Notes: generated by a model not told the origin, from the sequence alone. Shown: positions 10,110 through 20,515, counted from the first letter of the stretch. The stretch is 64,000 bases of DNA from Parcubacteria group bacterium (GCA_028286615.1 JAQBRG010000005.1:913-64912); one strand, 5' to 3'. Numbers and translations are program-made.

Positions 10110-10893
10110 TAGACGAAGTTCTTTGATACGCCCTGGATCGCCGGTGTTGCCGGTTACTGCTGGCGTTATTATCCTCGCGCTCATCCTTCTAATCATCCGC
10201 ATACTCGCACCGGGCGCTCTAACTACTGCTGCTACACCGCTTTGGCAGCTTGGAGCCGCAGCTTCAAACGCTATTGGAGGAGCCGAATCTCTCGGAGAGA
10301 ACAAAGAGGATGTCGTTCGAGAGCGAGACGAACTTAAGGCAGAGATTGAAGCCCTTAAGATCCAGAACCAGGTAGCAACTTCGGAGGCTGCGGAGGTTGC
10401 GAAACTTGTGGGAACACATGGAGAAACAGAGCGAGGTATTCTCGCAAGCGTACTGGCTCGTCCTCCTGTATCTCCGTACGACACACTGGTGCTTGATCAG
10501 GGAAGTAATGCCGGAGTCACTGCAGGTGCATTTGTATTTGGTCCTGGCGGCTCTCCGTTGGGAACTATTGAAAACGTGGCACCAAAGACCGCACGCGCAT
10601 TGCTGTACTCAGCTCCTGGACGCAGTACTCAGGGATGGGTAGGGGAGCTTAGTACTCCTGTAACACTTGTTGGTGCGAGTGCTGGAAGTTTCCACGCAAC
10701 ACTCCCTAAAGACTCCCCGATTGCTGTGGGCGATCTGGTATATCTGCCAGGAAGCGGCCTTGCTCCAGTTGGAAGCGTTGTAGCTATTGATACAAATCCC
10801 TCTTCGCCTGAAGTTGGACTTGAGATACGTCCTATGACGAACATCTTTTCTCTTACGTGGGTAAGTGTTTCAACGTACACCTCAGGCCTATGA
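10081..10893 (+). CDS. mreC: Rod shape-determining protein MreC
   Basis: TM + coiled coil + RPP.SPYDTL.LD.G; synteny. Confidence 0.8.
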   Translation: MKMQLFNKANRRSSLIRPGSPVLPVTAGVIILALILLIIRILAPGALTTAATPLWQLGAAASNAIGGAESLGENKEDVVRERDELKAEIEALKIQNQVATSEAAEVAKLVGTHGETERGILASVLARPPVSPYDTLVLDQGSNAGVTAGAFVFGPGGSPLGTIENVAPKTARALLYSAPGRSTQGWVGELSTPVTLVGASAGSFHATLPKDSPIAVGDLVYLPGSGLAPVGSVVAIDTNPSSPEVGLEIRPMTNIFSLTWVSVSTYTSGL

Positions 10894-11147
10894 TGCTGCG
10901 CGTATCGCTCATCGCATTCGCACTCCTTTCTGCATTCTTCTTTCCGTGGCCTGTTACGCTTATTGTTACGCTTGTGGCGAGCTACTTTATGCCTCCTGTA
11001 GCGCTTGGTATAGGCGTGCTATGCGACCTTCTTTATTTCGTACCAGGACCAGGACAGTACCCTATGGCAACCATCCTCGGTGTTGTAGGTCTCGTCTTCA
11101 TGTTTCTCGTGCAGGGTTTCGTGAAGACGCGTATTATGGGTAGATGA
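10890..11147 (+). CDS. Small membrane protein, MreD position
   Basis: Hydrophobic ORF between mreC and pbp2. Confidence 0.55.
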   Translation: MMLRVSLIAFALLSAFFFPWPVTLIVTLVASYFMPPVALGIGVLCDLLYFVPGPGQYPMATILGVVGLVFMFLVQGFVKTRIMGR

Positions 11148-12814
11148 AATGGGGAAAGAAACGACGCTTTAAGGACAGGGAACTCGCTCCGGATGAGATC
11201 TTTCTTGACTCATCTAACCTTCCTGAATTTGATACAGGCCGCCTCGAAGGCCGCCTTGAAAGACCGCTGCCCCGTTCAGCGTTTGTGGGCATCGGCATAG
11301 CCGTAGGTCTTATTCTTTTCGCTCTCGTTGCACAGGCAGCGAATCTTGAACTCATGCAGGGCGACAAGTTCGCCGCAAGAAGCGAACGAAACAGATTGCG
11401 TCCCGAGGTTATCTTCTCCCAACGCGGCGCCATTCTTGACCGTTCCGGTACACCGCTTGTTACGAACGAAATAGCTGAAGACGGAACTGTTATGCGCAAG
11501 TACGCGTCTCCTGGTTTTGCACACGTTCTAGGCTACGTCTCGTATCCAAAGAAAGATTCAAGCGGCCATTACTACGATACGACCATAACCGGTCTTGCTG
11601 GTATTGAAAAAGCATTTAACGAACAGCTAGACGGAAAGAACGGCACCTTGCTCGTTGAAGAAGACGCGCGTGGAGAAGTGCAGTCTTCAGGCACTATAAC
11701 GCCTCCGCAGAACGGTCAGACGGTTACGTTATCTATTGATGCTCGTGCGCAGAAAGCATTGTATGACTCGCTGTCTTCACTTACCGAACGCATTCCTTTT
11801 GACGGCGCTTCGGGAGTGCTTATGGATGTTGAAACAGGGGAAATACACGCATTAGTTTCTTACCCCGAATACGATCCAAACGTACTGTCTTCCGGAGGAC
11901 CTTCTGAGACCATCGCTTTGTATTCAACTAACAAGAGACAGCCATACCTTGATAGGGCGGTATCCGGTCTCTACACCCCAGGCTCCATCATCAAGCCTCT
12001 TGAGGCAGCAGGAGCCCTTACTGACGGCATAATTACACCTGAGACGGTTATTGTCTCGAATGGATTTATCTCGCTCCCAAACCCGTACGACCCTACGCAC
12101 CCTTCTATATTTAAAGACTGGAAGACTCTTGGTGCACTAACGGTGCGAGGCGGCATAGCATATTCCTCAGACGTTTTCTTCTATACGGTTGGAGGAGGCT
12201 TTGGAGGTATTAAAGGTCTCGGCATAGATCGTCTAGATTATTGGTTCAAGACATTTGGCCTTACGTCTCCAACAAACATTGAGCTCTCAGGAGAGAAGAC
12301 TGGATTCGTACCAACTCCCGCATGGAAGGAAGAGACGCTTAAAGAGCCGTGGCGCATCGGAGACACCTATCACACAGCAATTGGCCAGTACGCCATGCAG
12401 ATAACGCCCATAGAGGCAGCAAGAGCCATTGCGGCGGTTGCTAACGGGGGCAAGCTTATACAGCCTACGCTTCTTGCTAACCAGGCACCCAAAGGACAGA
12501 GCATTGCGGTTGATGCAGCAGCACTACAGGTTGTGCGTGAAGGTATGCGCATGGGAGCAACGGAAGGAACATCGGTTGGTCTGAACGATCTCTCGTTCGT
12601 GCATCTGGCAGGAAAGACAGGTACCGCCCAGCTTGGTTTTCATAACGAGTTCTATAACGCTTGGGCAGTTGGATTCTTTCCGTACGAACATCCTAAGTAT
12701 GTGTACGTAGTTGTTATGGAACACGGGCCTTCAGGAAATGCCATTGGAGGTATCTATGCCATGCATCAGTTCTTAACAGAGCTGCATCAGACGGCGCCGG
12801 AATATTTTAAATAG
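11144..12814 (+). CDS. mrdA: Penicillin-binding protein 2
   Basis: RG.ILDR, PGSIIK, SSD, KTGTAQ. Confidence 0.9.
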   Translation: MKWGKKRRFKDRELAPDEIFLDSSNLPEFDTGRLEGRLERPLPRSAFVGIGIAVGLILFALVAQAANLELMQGDKFAARSERNRLRPEVIFSQRGAILDRSGTPLVTNEIAEDGTVMRKYASPGFAHVLGYVSYPKKDSSGHYYDTTITGLAGIEKAFNEQLDGKNGTLLVEEDARGEVQSSGTITPPQNGQTVTLSIDARAQKALYDSLSSLTERIPFDGASGVLMDVETGEIHALVSYPEYDPNVLSSGGPSETIALYSTNKRQPYLDRAVSGLYTPGSIIKPLEAAGALTDGIITPETVIVSNGFISLPNPYDPTHPSIFKDWKTLGALTVRGGIAYSSDVFFYTVGGGFGGIKGLGIDRLDYWFKTFGLTSPTNIELSGEKTGFVPTPAWKEETLKEPWRIGDTYHTAIGQYAMQITPIEAARAIAAVANGGKLIQPTLLANQAPKGQSIAVDAAALQVVREGMRMGATEGTSVGLNDLSFVHLAGKTGTAQLGFHNEFYNAWAVGFFPYEHPKYVYVVVMEHGPSGNAIGGIYAMHQFLTELHQTAPEYFK

Positions 12815-12826
12815 CAGGTAACACGA

Positions 12827-12852
12827 AAGCGGCGCCAAGATTGACGCCGCTT
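12827..12852. terminator. Intrinsic terminator
   Basis: AAGCGGCG / CGCCGCTT stem between convergent genes. Confidence 0.6.
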
Positions 12853-12860
12853 GAATCTTT

Positions 12861-13202
12861 TTAGAAATAGCCTGAAAGCAAAGGCATCAAACCAAACAAG
12901 CCTGCCGCTAGCACGCCGCAAACAACCATCATGGCGAATATCGCGCAGAGCCAGTTCGTTTCGTCTTTTCTTTTGACGCCTTCTATAATGCCGCGAAAGC
13001 AGAGCAGGGCAGCGACTGCAAACAGAACGCCGGTTATATTCGCCGCAGTGTTTTCGGAAAAAGACTTTTCAAGCAGTTTCCTTATCGTACTTCCAAGCAA
13101 CAACAAACCGAGAGTGTAGAAAAAACTTACCACCCCCAGCTTGGTCGGCTTCTCGTCTACTGCATAGTTAACCATCTGCTTCTCCCTAAGGTTAAATGCC
13201 AC
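12861..13202 (-). CDS. Hypothetical membrane protein
   Basis: Three hydrophobic segments. Confidence 0.5.
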   Translation of the reverse strand: MAFNLREKQMVNYAVDEKPTKLGVVSFFYTLGLLLLGSTIRKLLEKSFSENTAANITGVLFAVAALLCFRGIIEGVKRKDETNWLCAIFAMMVVCGVLAAGLFGLMPLLSGYF

Positions 13203-13308
13203 GTCTGACGGAAGGCTAGCATGCCCTGGGCTGGTGGCAATCCTATCCCTTGCGCGCCTGCTGGAACCCCGTACAATACAGGCAGTTCATCATTCATCTA
13301 CAATCAAC

Positions 13309-13779
13309 ATGTCCGAGCAGGAAACCGTTGTTAGCCAAGAAAAGTTCGACGAGCTGGTAAAAGAGCTCGACAATCTAAAGACTGTGCGCCGTGCCGAGAT
13401 TGCAAAGAATCTCGAGTACGCCCGTTCCCTAGGCGATCTTTCTGAAAATGCTGAGTACCAAGAAGCACGTGAGCTTCAGGCAGCAACCGAAGAACGCATT
13501 CGCAAACTCGAGGAACTCGTTAAGCGTGCAAAGATAACAACCGAGAACAAGAAGAAGGACGTGGTTAGTTTCGGCTCAACCGTAATCATCAAACGAGAGG
13601 GAAGTCCTGAATCCCACGAGTACACCATCGTTGGCTCAGAAGAAGCAGACATGCGTGCTCGCAAGCTCTCGCACCTCTCTCCTCTAGGCGCTGCGCTTAT
13701 GGGTAAGAAGAAGAGCGATAGCTTTACGTTTGAGACTCCTAACGGTAAGCAGACCTACTCAGTAGAGAAGGTTGCGTAA
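13309..13779 (+). CDS. greA: Transcription elongation factor GreA
   Basis: GDLSENAEY, SPLG.ALMGK. Confidence 0.95.
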   Translation: MSEQETVVSQEKFDELVKELDNLKTVRRAEIAKNLEYARSLGDLSENAEYQEARELQAATEERIRKLEELVKRAKITTENKKKDVVSFGSTVIIKREGSPESHEYTIVGSEEADMRARKLSHLSPLGAALMGKKKSDSFTFETPNGKQTYSVEKVA

Positions 13780-13800
13780 CATCTCCAAGTACAAAAGATA

Positions 13801-13826
13801 AAGGGCGGCCTGTGAGGGCCGCCCTT
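13801..13826. terminator. Bidirectional intrinsic terminator
   Basis: AAGGGCGGCC / GGCCGCCCTT perfect 10-bp stem. Confidence 0.7.
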
Positions 13827-13849
13827 GTCGTATCTGGGTTGCAGATACC

Positions 13850-14863
13850 TTATTTCCCGCACATGGCATGCACGGGACGAATGATTGCGTGCTCGTTGAG
13901 TTCAACGGGGCCGCTTCGCACACTTACTCCGTACCCACCAACAAGACGATACTTGTCCCGCAGTCGAAGGAAGAAGAGTGTGGTGTGTTCTCGCCGCTTC
14001 TGCTTTCTCATAGTTATCTCATGAACTTTTCTGAAAGGGATAACTATGAACTCGCTTTTTAACGGAGACGAAAGCATTTCAATAACCTGCCGGCGCGTCT
14101 CGTGCCAGACCTTCAAATCACGTTCTTTGGTAGGCTCGTCGGGAAGACAGCGCAGAACCTTGATCTCGGGCCCGAGCTTCTTGCGAATAACGAAGCCCAA
14201 AGGATAGCAGCCCTCCAGACTTTCAAGACTTGTGAAGTCAGTGAGCGGAAGAGCGTTTACGTTCAGAAGGCAGGTGCGGTCTTGAGCGTACTCAACTGGT
14301 CCAAACACCGCCCGTTCGAGAGACGACTTGATTCTTGGAGAATCAGGAAGCTCTGCATACGGAGCATGGATCCAGGCAGCGCAGTCGCTCGGTGTCTTGT
14401 CGAGATCAAGCACCTCGGTAACGCTGATCTTGTTAGATTGCAGTACCTCCATGAAAGCACGAAGGTCAACAAGTTCCGAAGCGGTTGCCTTTGACGTGTG
14501 GAGTCCAAGACAGCTGATGCCTCGTCCGCGAAGTTCGGTTGCAAGAAGTGATGCAATCGGCACATTAAGCATGTGTGCAATGCCAATACCCGCCGCATCA
14601 AGGCCTATGCCAACCAGATCCTCCTTGTCCCCCTTGGTTGAAAGGAACTCTGCACGGATAACCAGTGACGGCATTCCTCCGAATAGGGAGGCGAAATAGC
14701 TTTGGATTTTCGGTTCCCGCTGTTGCCAGACAGGGAATCTCTCCACGATGTCTCGTTCAATAAGCCGTTCGAACTTTTCTACATGCGCTCCTAGGAGCGG
14801 ATAGGCAGGTGCGACACGAACAGGCTTGCTCATGCCGAGATTCAGGCTCTGAGTATCCAACAT
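13850..14863 (-). CDS. Hypothetical protein (ORFan)
   Basis: 337-aa ORF with purine-rich upstream; no clear family. Confidence 0.6.
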   Translation of the reverse strand: MLDTQSLNLGMSKPVRVAPAYPLLGAHVEKFERLIERDIVERFPVWQQREPKIQSYFASLFGGMPSLVIRAEFLSTKGDKEDLVGIGLDAAGIGIAHMLNVPIASLLATELRGRGISCLGLHTSKATASELVDLRAFMEVLQSNKISVTEVLDLDKTPSDCAAWIHAPYAELPDSPRIKSSLERAVFGPVEYAQDRTCLLNVNALPLTDFTSLESLEGCYPLGFVIRKKLGPEIKVLRCLPDEPTKERDLKVWHETRRQVIEMLSSPLKSEFIVIPFRKVHEITMRKQKRREHTTLFFLRLRDKYRLVGGYGVSVRSGPVELNEHAIIRPVHAMCGK

Positions 14864-15114
14864 CTCTTTCTCCCTTATGTATTGCCAATGAAAAGAACAA
14901 AGTCCCCAACCTTGCGGTCGAGGACTCGATTCAAATTTCTAATTTTGGACTTTTACTTCCGTGGAGAAACCTCAAGCGAAACCTCGACCCTTTTAATTAG
15001 GCCGAAATAGACAAAGATTGTGAGAATCCAATGCTGTGCTCGAGTCATAACTCCTTAATAATACGCCACAGAGCTTTTCTGTCAAATGAAGCTTCTTTCA
15101 TAGACCCAAACTTG

Positions 15115-15180
15115 TGTGGATAAACATTCATGAAGTGGGGCATAGTGGCATATAATCTATCCTAGTGGGATGAAGTGGGA
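15115..15180 (+). promoter_or_regulatory. dcw promoter: DnaA box plus MraZ-binding direct repeats
   Basis: TGTGGATAA 15115-15123; GTGG at 15135, 15145, 15165, 15175 (10-bp phase); TATAAT 15151-15156. Confidence 0.75.
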
Positions 15181-15216
15181 TTCATGAAATTCCCTTCACA
15201 TCCGCGCCCCTTACAC

Positions 15217-15648
15217 ATGCTCATTGGAGAATACCGTCACACATTTGATACCAAGAACCGCATATCGCTTCCGGCTAAATTCCGGAAGGAACTTGGAAGC
15301 ACGGTAGTGGTAACGCGCGGCCTAGATAAGTGTTTATTTATATACTCCAAGACTGCGTGGAAGAAGCAGGCTGAGAAGTTTGCTAAGCATTCAACAGGAA
15401 ACGCAGCGGGCCGCGGATTTTCTCGCCTCATGCTTTCAGGCGCTAACGAAGCAGATGTAGATAGCGCAGGACGCATTCTCGTTCCTGACTATCTCAAGAC
15501 GTACGCGGCTCTTGAGACCAAGAGTGTTGTTGCGGGTGTGGCTGATCGCGTAGAAATCTGGGACGAAGCAGCGTGGGAGGCATACACCAAGAATATTGAA
15601 CGGGACGCAGACGAGTTGGCTGAGCAGTTGGGCGCTCTTAACGCATAG
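15217..15648 (+). CDS. mraZ: Transcriptional regulator MraZ
   Basis: GEY.HT.D.KNR..LP.KFR, D.AGRILVP, RVEIW. Confidence 0.95.
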   Translation: MLIGEYRHTFDTKNRISLPAKFRKELGSTVVVTRGLDKCLFIYSKTAWKKQAEKFAKHSTGNAAGRGFSRLMLSGANEADVDSAGRILVPDYLKTYAALETKSVVAGVADRVEIWDEAAWEAYTKNIERDADELAEQLGALNA

Positions 15649-15652
15649 GCTT

Positions 15653-16600
15653 ATGGAACCGCGCCACGACACCGTTCTTCTACAAGAATCTGTTGATGCG
15701 CTTGTTATTGCACCAGGCGACATTGTTGTTGATGCAACACTCGGAGGAGCAGGGCATTTCAAGCTCATTCTTTCAAAGCTAGGCGCAAAGAACACGCTTA
15801 TGGGTATAGACGCAGATACCCAGGCAATTGAACGAGCACAGAAGGTTGTTACAGAAGCAGGTAGCCCAGCCGATGTACGTCTTGTAGAAGGAAACTTCAA
15901 AGATCTTGGAGCAATCCTCGATGCACAGAACATTAAGGAGATAGACAAAATCCTATTTGATCTTGGATGGAGCGGATTCCAGCTTGCTCTTGGACGCGGA
16001 TTCTCTTTCCGAGTGGATGAGCCTCTTTCCATGACCTATGGAGACCCAGAGGCTTCAACTAACGCAAAAGATCTCGTTAACCATCTTTCAGAAGAATCTC
16101 TCGCAGACCTCATCTTCACTCTTGGCGAGGAACGCTTTGCTCGAGGTATTGCTCGCAGCATCGTAGAGGCTAGAGAAGAGAAGGAAATTGAAACAACCTT
16201 CGAACTTGTTGCCGCTATTGAAGCGGGTACTCCTTCCTGGTACCACCATCGCCGTCTTCATCCAGCAACGAAGACCTTCCAGGCGCTCCGTATTGCCGTT
16301 AATGACGAGCTCGGAGCCCTTCGTGAGGGTCTAGCTGTCGCACTTGCTCGCCTTGCTCCTGGGGGACGTATTGCTGTTATCAGTTTCCATAGCATCGAGG
16401 ACCGCATCGTGAAGAGCACCTTGCGCGATGCAGCTCACGAGTGCGGCACGCTCGTTACCCGAAAGCCAATTGTGCCGTCTTCCGCTGAGACTGCGCAGAA
16501 TCCGCGCGCTCGGAGCGCGAAGCTGCGGGTGTACGAGCGTTCGATGTCCTGTGCAGTGCTTGCGGCCTCTTCTAACAACCTAATGTCTACCTATGCCTGA
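15653..16600 (+). CDS. rsmH: 16S rRNA m4C1402 methyltransferase
   Basis: DATLGGAGH, FQALRIAVNDEL, SFHS.EDRIVK, RSAKLR. Confidence 0.95.
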   Translation: MEPRHDTVLLQESVDALVIAPGDIVVDATLGGAGHFKLILSKLGAKNTLMGIDADTQAIERAQKVVTEAGSPADVRLVEGNFKDLGAILDAQNIKEIDKILFDLGWSGFQLALGRGFSFRVDEPLSMTYGDPEASTNAKDLVNHLSEESLADLIFTLGEERFARGIARSIVEAREEKEIETTFELVAAIEAGTPSWYHHRRLHPATKTFQALRIAVNDELGALREGLAVALARLAPGGRIAVISFHSIEDRIVKSTLRDAAHECGTLVTRKPIVPSSAETAQNPRARSAKLRVYERSMSCAVLAASSNNLMSTYA

Positions 16601-16871
16601 TCGAACTATTTCAATCCTTGGTATTTCCTGCGGCGCACTCTTGAGTGTGTACGTCGCCCTGGTTATCACCACCATCACGTTCGCGGCATGGCAGACAGAA
16701 CTACGCGCAAGCATTCGTAGCACTGAAGGCATGATCTCCTCTCTTGAGAGCGAGTACTACGAACACGTTGCGGCTATAACCGCTACGGCCCCTTCAGCGT
16801 TCGGTCTCGTACCTCCCGCGTCTGTGCGTTATGCAGCAAAAGCACCGGCAACTGCCGTGTCGCTCCGCTAA
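16593..16871 (+). CDS. FtsL-like cell division protein
   Basis: TM + coiled coil between rsmH and ftsI. Confidence 0.55.
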   Translation: MPDRTISILGISCGALLSVYVALVITTITFAAWQTELRASIRSTEGMISSLESEYYEHVAAITATAPSAFGLVPPASVRYAAKAPATAVSLR

Positions 16872-16877
16872 GTTCCT

Positions 16878-18605
16878 ATGCGCCGGGCAATTCGTACGCG
16901 CCTGCGCATTCTTTCGGGCATCCTCATAGTCTTTGCACTCCTTCTCATAACACGTCTCTATTTTGTACAGATAGTGCATGGTGCAGATTTCTCCCTTCGC
17001 GCTGAACGACAGTATGTGAGCTCAAGCCAGGAGCTGTATGACCGAGGTTCTATCTATTTCACTCGAAAGGATGGAACGGTACTCTCTGCCGCAACGCTTG
17101 CAACCGGGTTTACCATAACCATGAACCCGAGCCACATAACGGATGTGGATGCGGCATACCAAGCGGTATCAGCGCTCACGTCTGTAGACCAGGCGCAGTT
17201 CTATGCATCAGCAGCAAAGAAGGAAGATCCATATGAGGTTATAGCTAAGCGGGTGCCTGAAGCTGCAGGAGCCGCGATAGAAGCGCTTGAGATACCTGGT
17301 ATTCAAGTTGAACGTCAGCGATGGCGTTCGTATCCTGCTGGAACACAAGCTGCCCAGTCTATTGGCTTTGTAGCATTTGATAACGACAACAAGCTTGCAG
17401 GGCGCTTTGGTCTTGAGCGTTCGTACGAATACGTACTTGAACGCGCTGCAGGCGGCTTATTCGGGAACTTCTTTGCAGAACTCTTCGCGAACCTTGATAG
17501 CGTTGTGGTTGATGCGAAGGAAGCGCGTAGTGGAGACATTGTTACCACCATAGAACCCATGGCGCAGGAGAAGCTCGACGAGATACTTGCCGCAACCAAT
17601 GCGAAGTACAACAGCATTGAAACAGGTGGCATCATCATGGACCCCAAGACGGGTGCCATTATCGCCATGGACACGTATCCATCGTTCGATGCGAATGACT
17701 TTGCTAACGGAGACCCGGCGCACTTCGGAAACCCGCTTGTTGAACACCGCTACGAGTTCGGTTCTATCGTAAAGGCTCTCACGATGACGGCCGGACTTGA
17801 TTCAGGTGTCATTACTCCCGACACAACCTATAACGATACCGGCTGCATCGAAGTTAACAGCAAGAAGATTTGTAACTTCGACCTTGTTGCCCGCGGAGTT
17901 ATTCCTATGCAGGAAATCCTCTCGCAGTCTCTCAACGTCGGTGCCTCATTCGTCGCTACTAAAGTTGGGCACGACAAGTTCCGAGAATACTTCAAGAAGC
18001 TCGGTATGGGAGAGGAGACCGGCATAGACCTGCCAAGCGAGATTCCGGGCGACATACACAACATCCTTACGAGTCCCCGAGATGTTGAGTACGACACCGC
18101 GTCCTTCGGGCAAGGCATCGCAGAGACTCCTATTGAGATGGTGAAGGCTATGGGGGCACTCGCCAACCATGGAGCTGTGGTAACGCCGCACCTAGTGTCA
18201 GCTATTCGTCTGGAGAACGGTCTTGAGAAGAAGTTGTCATGGGGCACCCCTGAGCAGGTATTCAGCGAGAAGGCTACAGAAGAAACAACCCGCATGCTGG
18301 TTAAAGTGGTGGACACCAAGCTCGCAAATGGTACCGTGAAGATTCCGAGTATGAGCGTGGCCGCGAAGACCGGTACCGCCCAGATTGGCGGCGCTAACGG
18401 CAAATATGAACAAGGAAAGTACTTCCACTCGTTCTTCGGGTACTTCCCAGCCTACGATCCTAAGTTCATAATTATCCTTTATACTCGGGAGCCTCAGGGT
18501 GTTCAGTACGCCTCGGAGACACTCACTATGCCTTTCATAGAGCTCACACACTTTTTGATTAACTATTACGAAGTGCCTCCAGACCGGGCAGACCTATCCC
18601 AATAA
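16878..18605 (+). CDS. ftsI: Cell division transpeptidase PBP3
   Basis: GSIVK, SLN, KTGTAQ; dcw position. Confidence 0.88.
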   Translation: MRRAIRTRLRILSGILIVFALLLITRLYFVQIVHGADFSLRAERQYVSSSQELYDRGSIYFTRKDGTVLSAATLATGFTITMNPSHITDVDAAYQAVSALTSVDQAQFYASAAKKEDPYEVIAKRVPEAAGAAIEALEIPGIQVERQRWRSYPAGTQAAQSIGFVAFDNDNKLAGRFGLERSYEYVLERAAGGLFGNFFAELFANLDSVVVDAKEARSGDIVTTIEPMAQEKLDEILAATNAKYNSIETGGIIMDPKTGAIIAMDTYPSFDANDFANGDPAHFGNPLVEHRYEFGSIVKALTMTAGLDSGVITPDTTYNDTGCIEVNSKKICNFDLVARGVIPMQEILSQSLNVGASFVATKVGHDKFREYFKKLGMGEETGIDLPSEIPGDIHNILTSPRDVEYDTASFGQGIAETPIEMVKAMGALANHGAVVTPHLVSAIRLENGLEKKLSWGTPEQVFSEKATEETTRMLVKVVDTKLANGTVKIPSMSVAAKTGTAQIGGANGKYEQGKYFHSFFGYFPAYDPKFIIILYTREPQGVQYASETLTMPFIELTHFLINYYEVPPDRADLSQ

Positions 18606-18608
18606 CTT

Positions 18609-19889
18609 ATGAAAACTATTTTGCGCAGTATTGCTGCATCTATTCTCGCTTCTCTCGCGAGGGGAGTACTGCACCGATACAAGCCGCAGATTGTTATGGT
18701 TACGGGAAGCGTGGGGAAGACCTCAACCAAAGACGCTCTTGCAGCCTGTCTCTCCACGCATTATTTCTTACGAGCAAGCGACAAGAGTTATAACAGCGAG
18801 TTCGGCGTACCCCTTACGATAATCGGAGTTAAGACTCCTTGGAACAATCCCATTGAATGGATCAAAGTGTTTTGGGAAGGATTCGTTCTCCAAATACTCC
18901 CAAGCCACTACCCAAACCTTTTAGTACTTGAAGTTGGTGCAGACAGACCCGGAGACCTCGCAAAGATTTTAAAGATAGCAACGCCAGATCTAGTTGTTGT
19001 TACAAGGCTCCCTGAAGTGCCTGTGCATGTTGAAGCATACGCAGGCCCACAAGCTGTGCGCGAAGAAGAGTTCCTCCCAGCGCTCGCGCTTCCTGCGGGA
19101 GCGCCGCTCATCCTTTCAGCAGACGACATATACGCACGCCAGATGGCTGCACGCCTACAAGCTAAGGTTATTACCTATGGCTATGCGGAAGACGCAGATG
19201 TGCGGCTTCTCGATAGCAGCTTCACTGACACTGGCCTCCCAGGTATGTGCGCCGATATAGATACAGGAGAAGGAAAGTGCAGACTCGAGGCGCGAGGTGT
19301 ACTTGGACGGCAGCAATTGTTTGCGCCTGCTGCAGCGTTCGCTGCTGCTCGCGAGCTAGGCCTTACCGCTAAAGAAGCTCTGAAAGGACTCTCTCGTTAC
19401 AGCCCTCCACCAGGCCGTGCCCGTATCCTTCCTGGCAAGCACCACTCGCTCATAATTGATGACACCTATAATGCTTCTCCTGCAGCTGTTGAAGAAGCAC
19501 TCGCAGCCCTTATGCTTATAGGAAACGCTAAGCGACGTATTGCAGTGCTTGGAGACATGCTTGAGCTCGGACGTTATTCAGTTGAAGAGCATGCACGTAT
19601 AGGAAAACTTGCCGCGAAGGAAGTTGATATGCTCATAACTGTAGGGTCTCGTGCCCGAAGCATGCGCACCGCAGCGATTGAAGCCGGTATGGCTGAAGGA
19701 CTCGCCCTGTCATATGACACGCCCAAAGAAGCAGCCGATTTCATACTAGAGACTCTCAAGGAAGGGGATGTGGTACTGCTTAAGGGCTCGCAATCTGTAC
19801 GTATGGAGCGAGCAGTTGAAATGCTTCTTCTAGACTCGGCTGACGTTAAGCAGCTGGTCCGCCAGGAGAAAGAGTGGCTAGGGAGATAA
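18609..19889 (+). CDS. murF: UDP-MurNAc-tripeptide--D-Ala-D-Ala ligase
   Basis: TGSVGKTSTK, DDTYNASP, LGDMLELG, LLKGS. Confidence 0.92.
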   Translation: MKTILRSIAASILASLARGVLHRYKPQIVMVTGSVGKTSTKDALAACLSTHYFLRASDKSYNSEFGVPLTIIGVKTPWNNPIEWIKVFWEGFVLQILPSHYPNLLVLEVGADRPGDLAKILKIATPDLVVVTRLPEVPVHVEAYAGPQAVREEEFLPALALPAGAPLILSADDIYARQMAARLQAKVITYGYAEDADVRLLDSSFTDTGLPGMCADIDTGEGKCRLEARGVLGRQQLFAPAAAFAAARELGLTAKEALKGLSRYSPPPGRARILPGKHHSLIIDDTYNASPAAVEEALAALMLIGNAKRRIAVLGDMLELGRYSVEEHARIGKLAAKEVDMLITVGSRARSMRTAAIEAGMAEGLALSYDTPKEAADFILETLKEGDVVLLKGSQSVRMERAVEMLLLDSADVKQLVRQEKEWLGR

Positions 19890-19905
19890 AAACGAAGACC
19901 ATCTC

Positions 19906-20265
19906 TCAAGACGGTCTAAGGTGCACACGCACTATTTCTATTAATTCTTCTGAAGCACAAGGTTCTTGAATGTACTGAGCGGCACCTTTCTGCAGGTACT
20001 TAATTCGGTGTTCGGAATCGCGCGTCGTGCCTAGGACGAGTATGGGTATTGGATATCTTTTGCGAATATTTTCAATACACTCAAACGCGTTTAGGTAATC
20101 CTCCCGATCTCGTATAAGCACCACGCTGCATTTAGACCTACGGATCCTAGTGAGTGCGTCTTTCTCGGTGTCAACGGTTGTTACTTTCAATCCGGCTTCT
20201 TCCAAGTATGTTTTTATCCGGTTTTGCGCCGTGAAGTCCCCATCGATGTGGAGCACTCGTGGCAT
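19906..20265 (-). CDS. Stand-alone degenerate receiver (REC) domain
   Basis: REC fold pattern (VLHIDGD, PILVL, GAAQYIQEP) but KP replaced by EP. Confidence 0.65.
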   Translation of the reverse strand: MPRVLHIDGDFTAQNRIKTYLEEAGLKVTTVDTEKDALTRIRRSKCSVVLIRDREDYLNAFECIENIRKRYPIPILVLGTTRDSEHRIKYLQKGAAQYIQEPCASEELIEIVRVHLRPS

Positions 20266-20371
20266 GTGCGCTCCTTTTCCTGCTGCCCCCGCTTACTCTA
20301 GAGAGCCAGCAGGGAAGTGTCAAACCCAGGACTTCCGTATGGGTCAAATCTCTGCTATAAAACACATACAT

Positions 20372-20443
20372 GGCCCTATCGTCTAACGGTTAGGACGCTA
20401 GCCTCTCACGCTGGAAATCGGGGTTCGATTCCCCGTAGGGTCA
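20372..20443 (+). tRNA. tRNA-Glu (CTC), CCA not encoded
   Basis: GGCCCTA/TAGGGTC acceptor stem, CTAGC-CTCTCAC-GCTGG anticodon arm, GGTTCGATTCC T-arm. Confidence 0.95.
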
Positions 20444-20515
20444 CAGATTTTAGAGCCTTGATATACAGGGCCGTACAGAGGTACCTAAGTAGTCGTTGGA
20501 AAACTAAAGAAAAAA

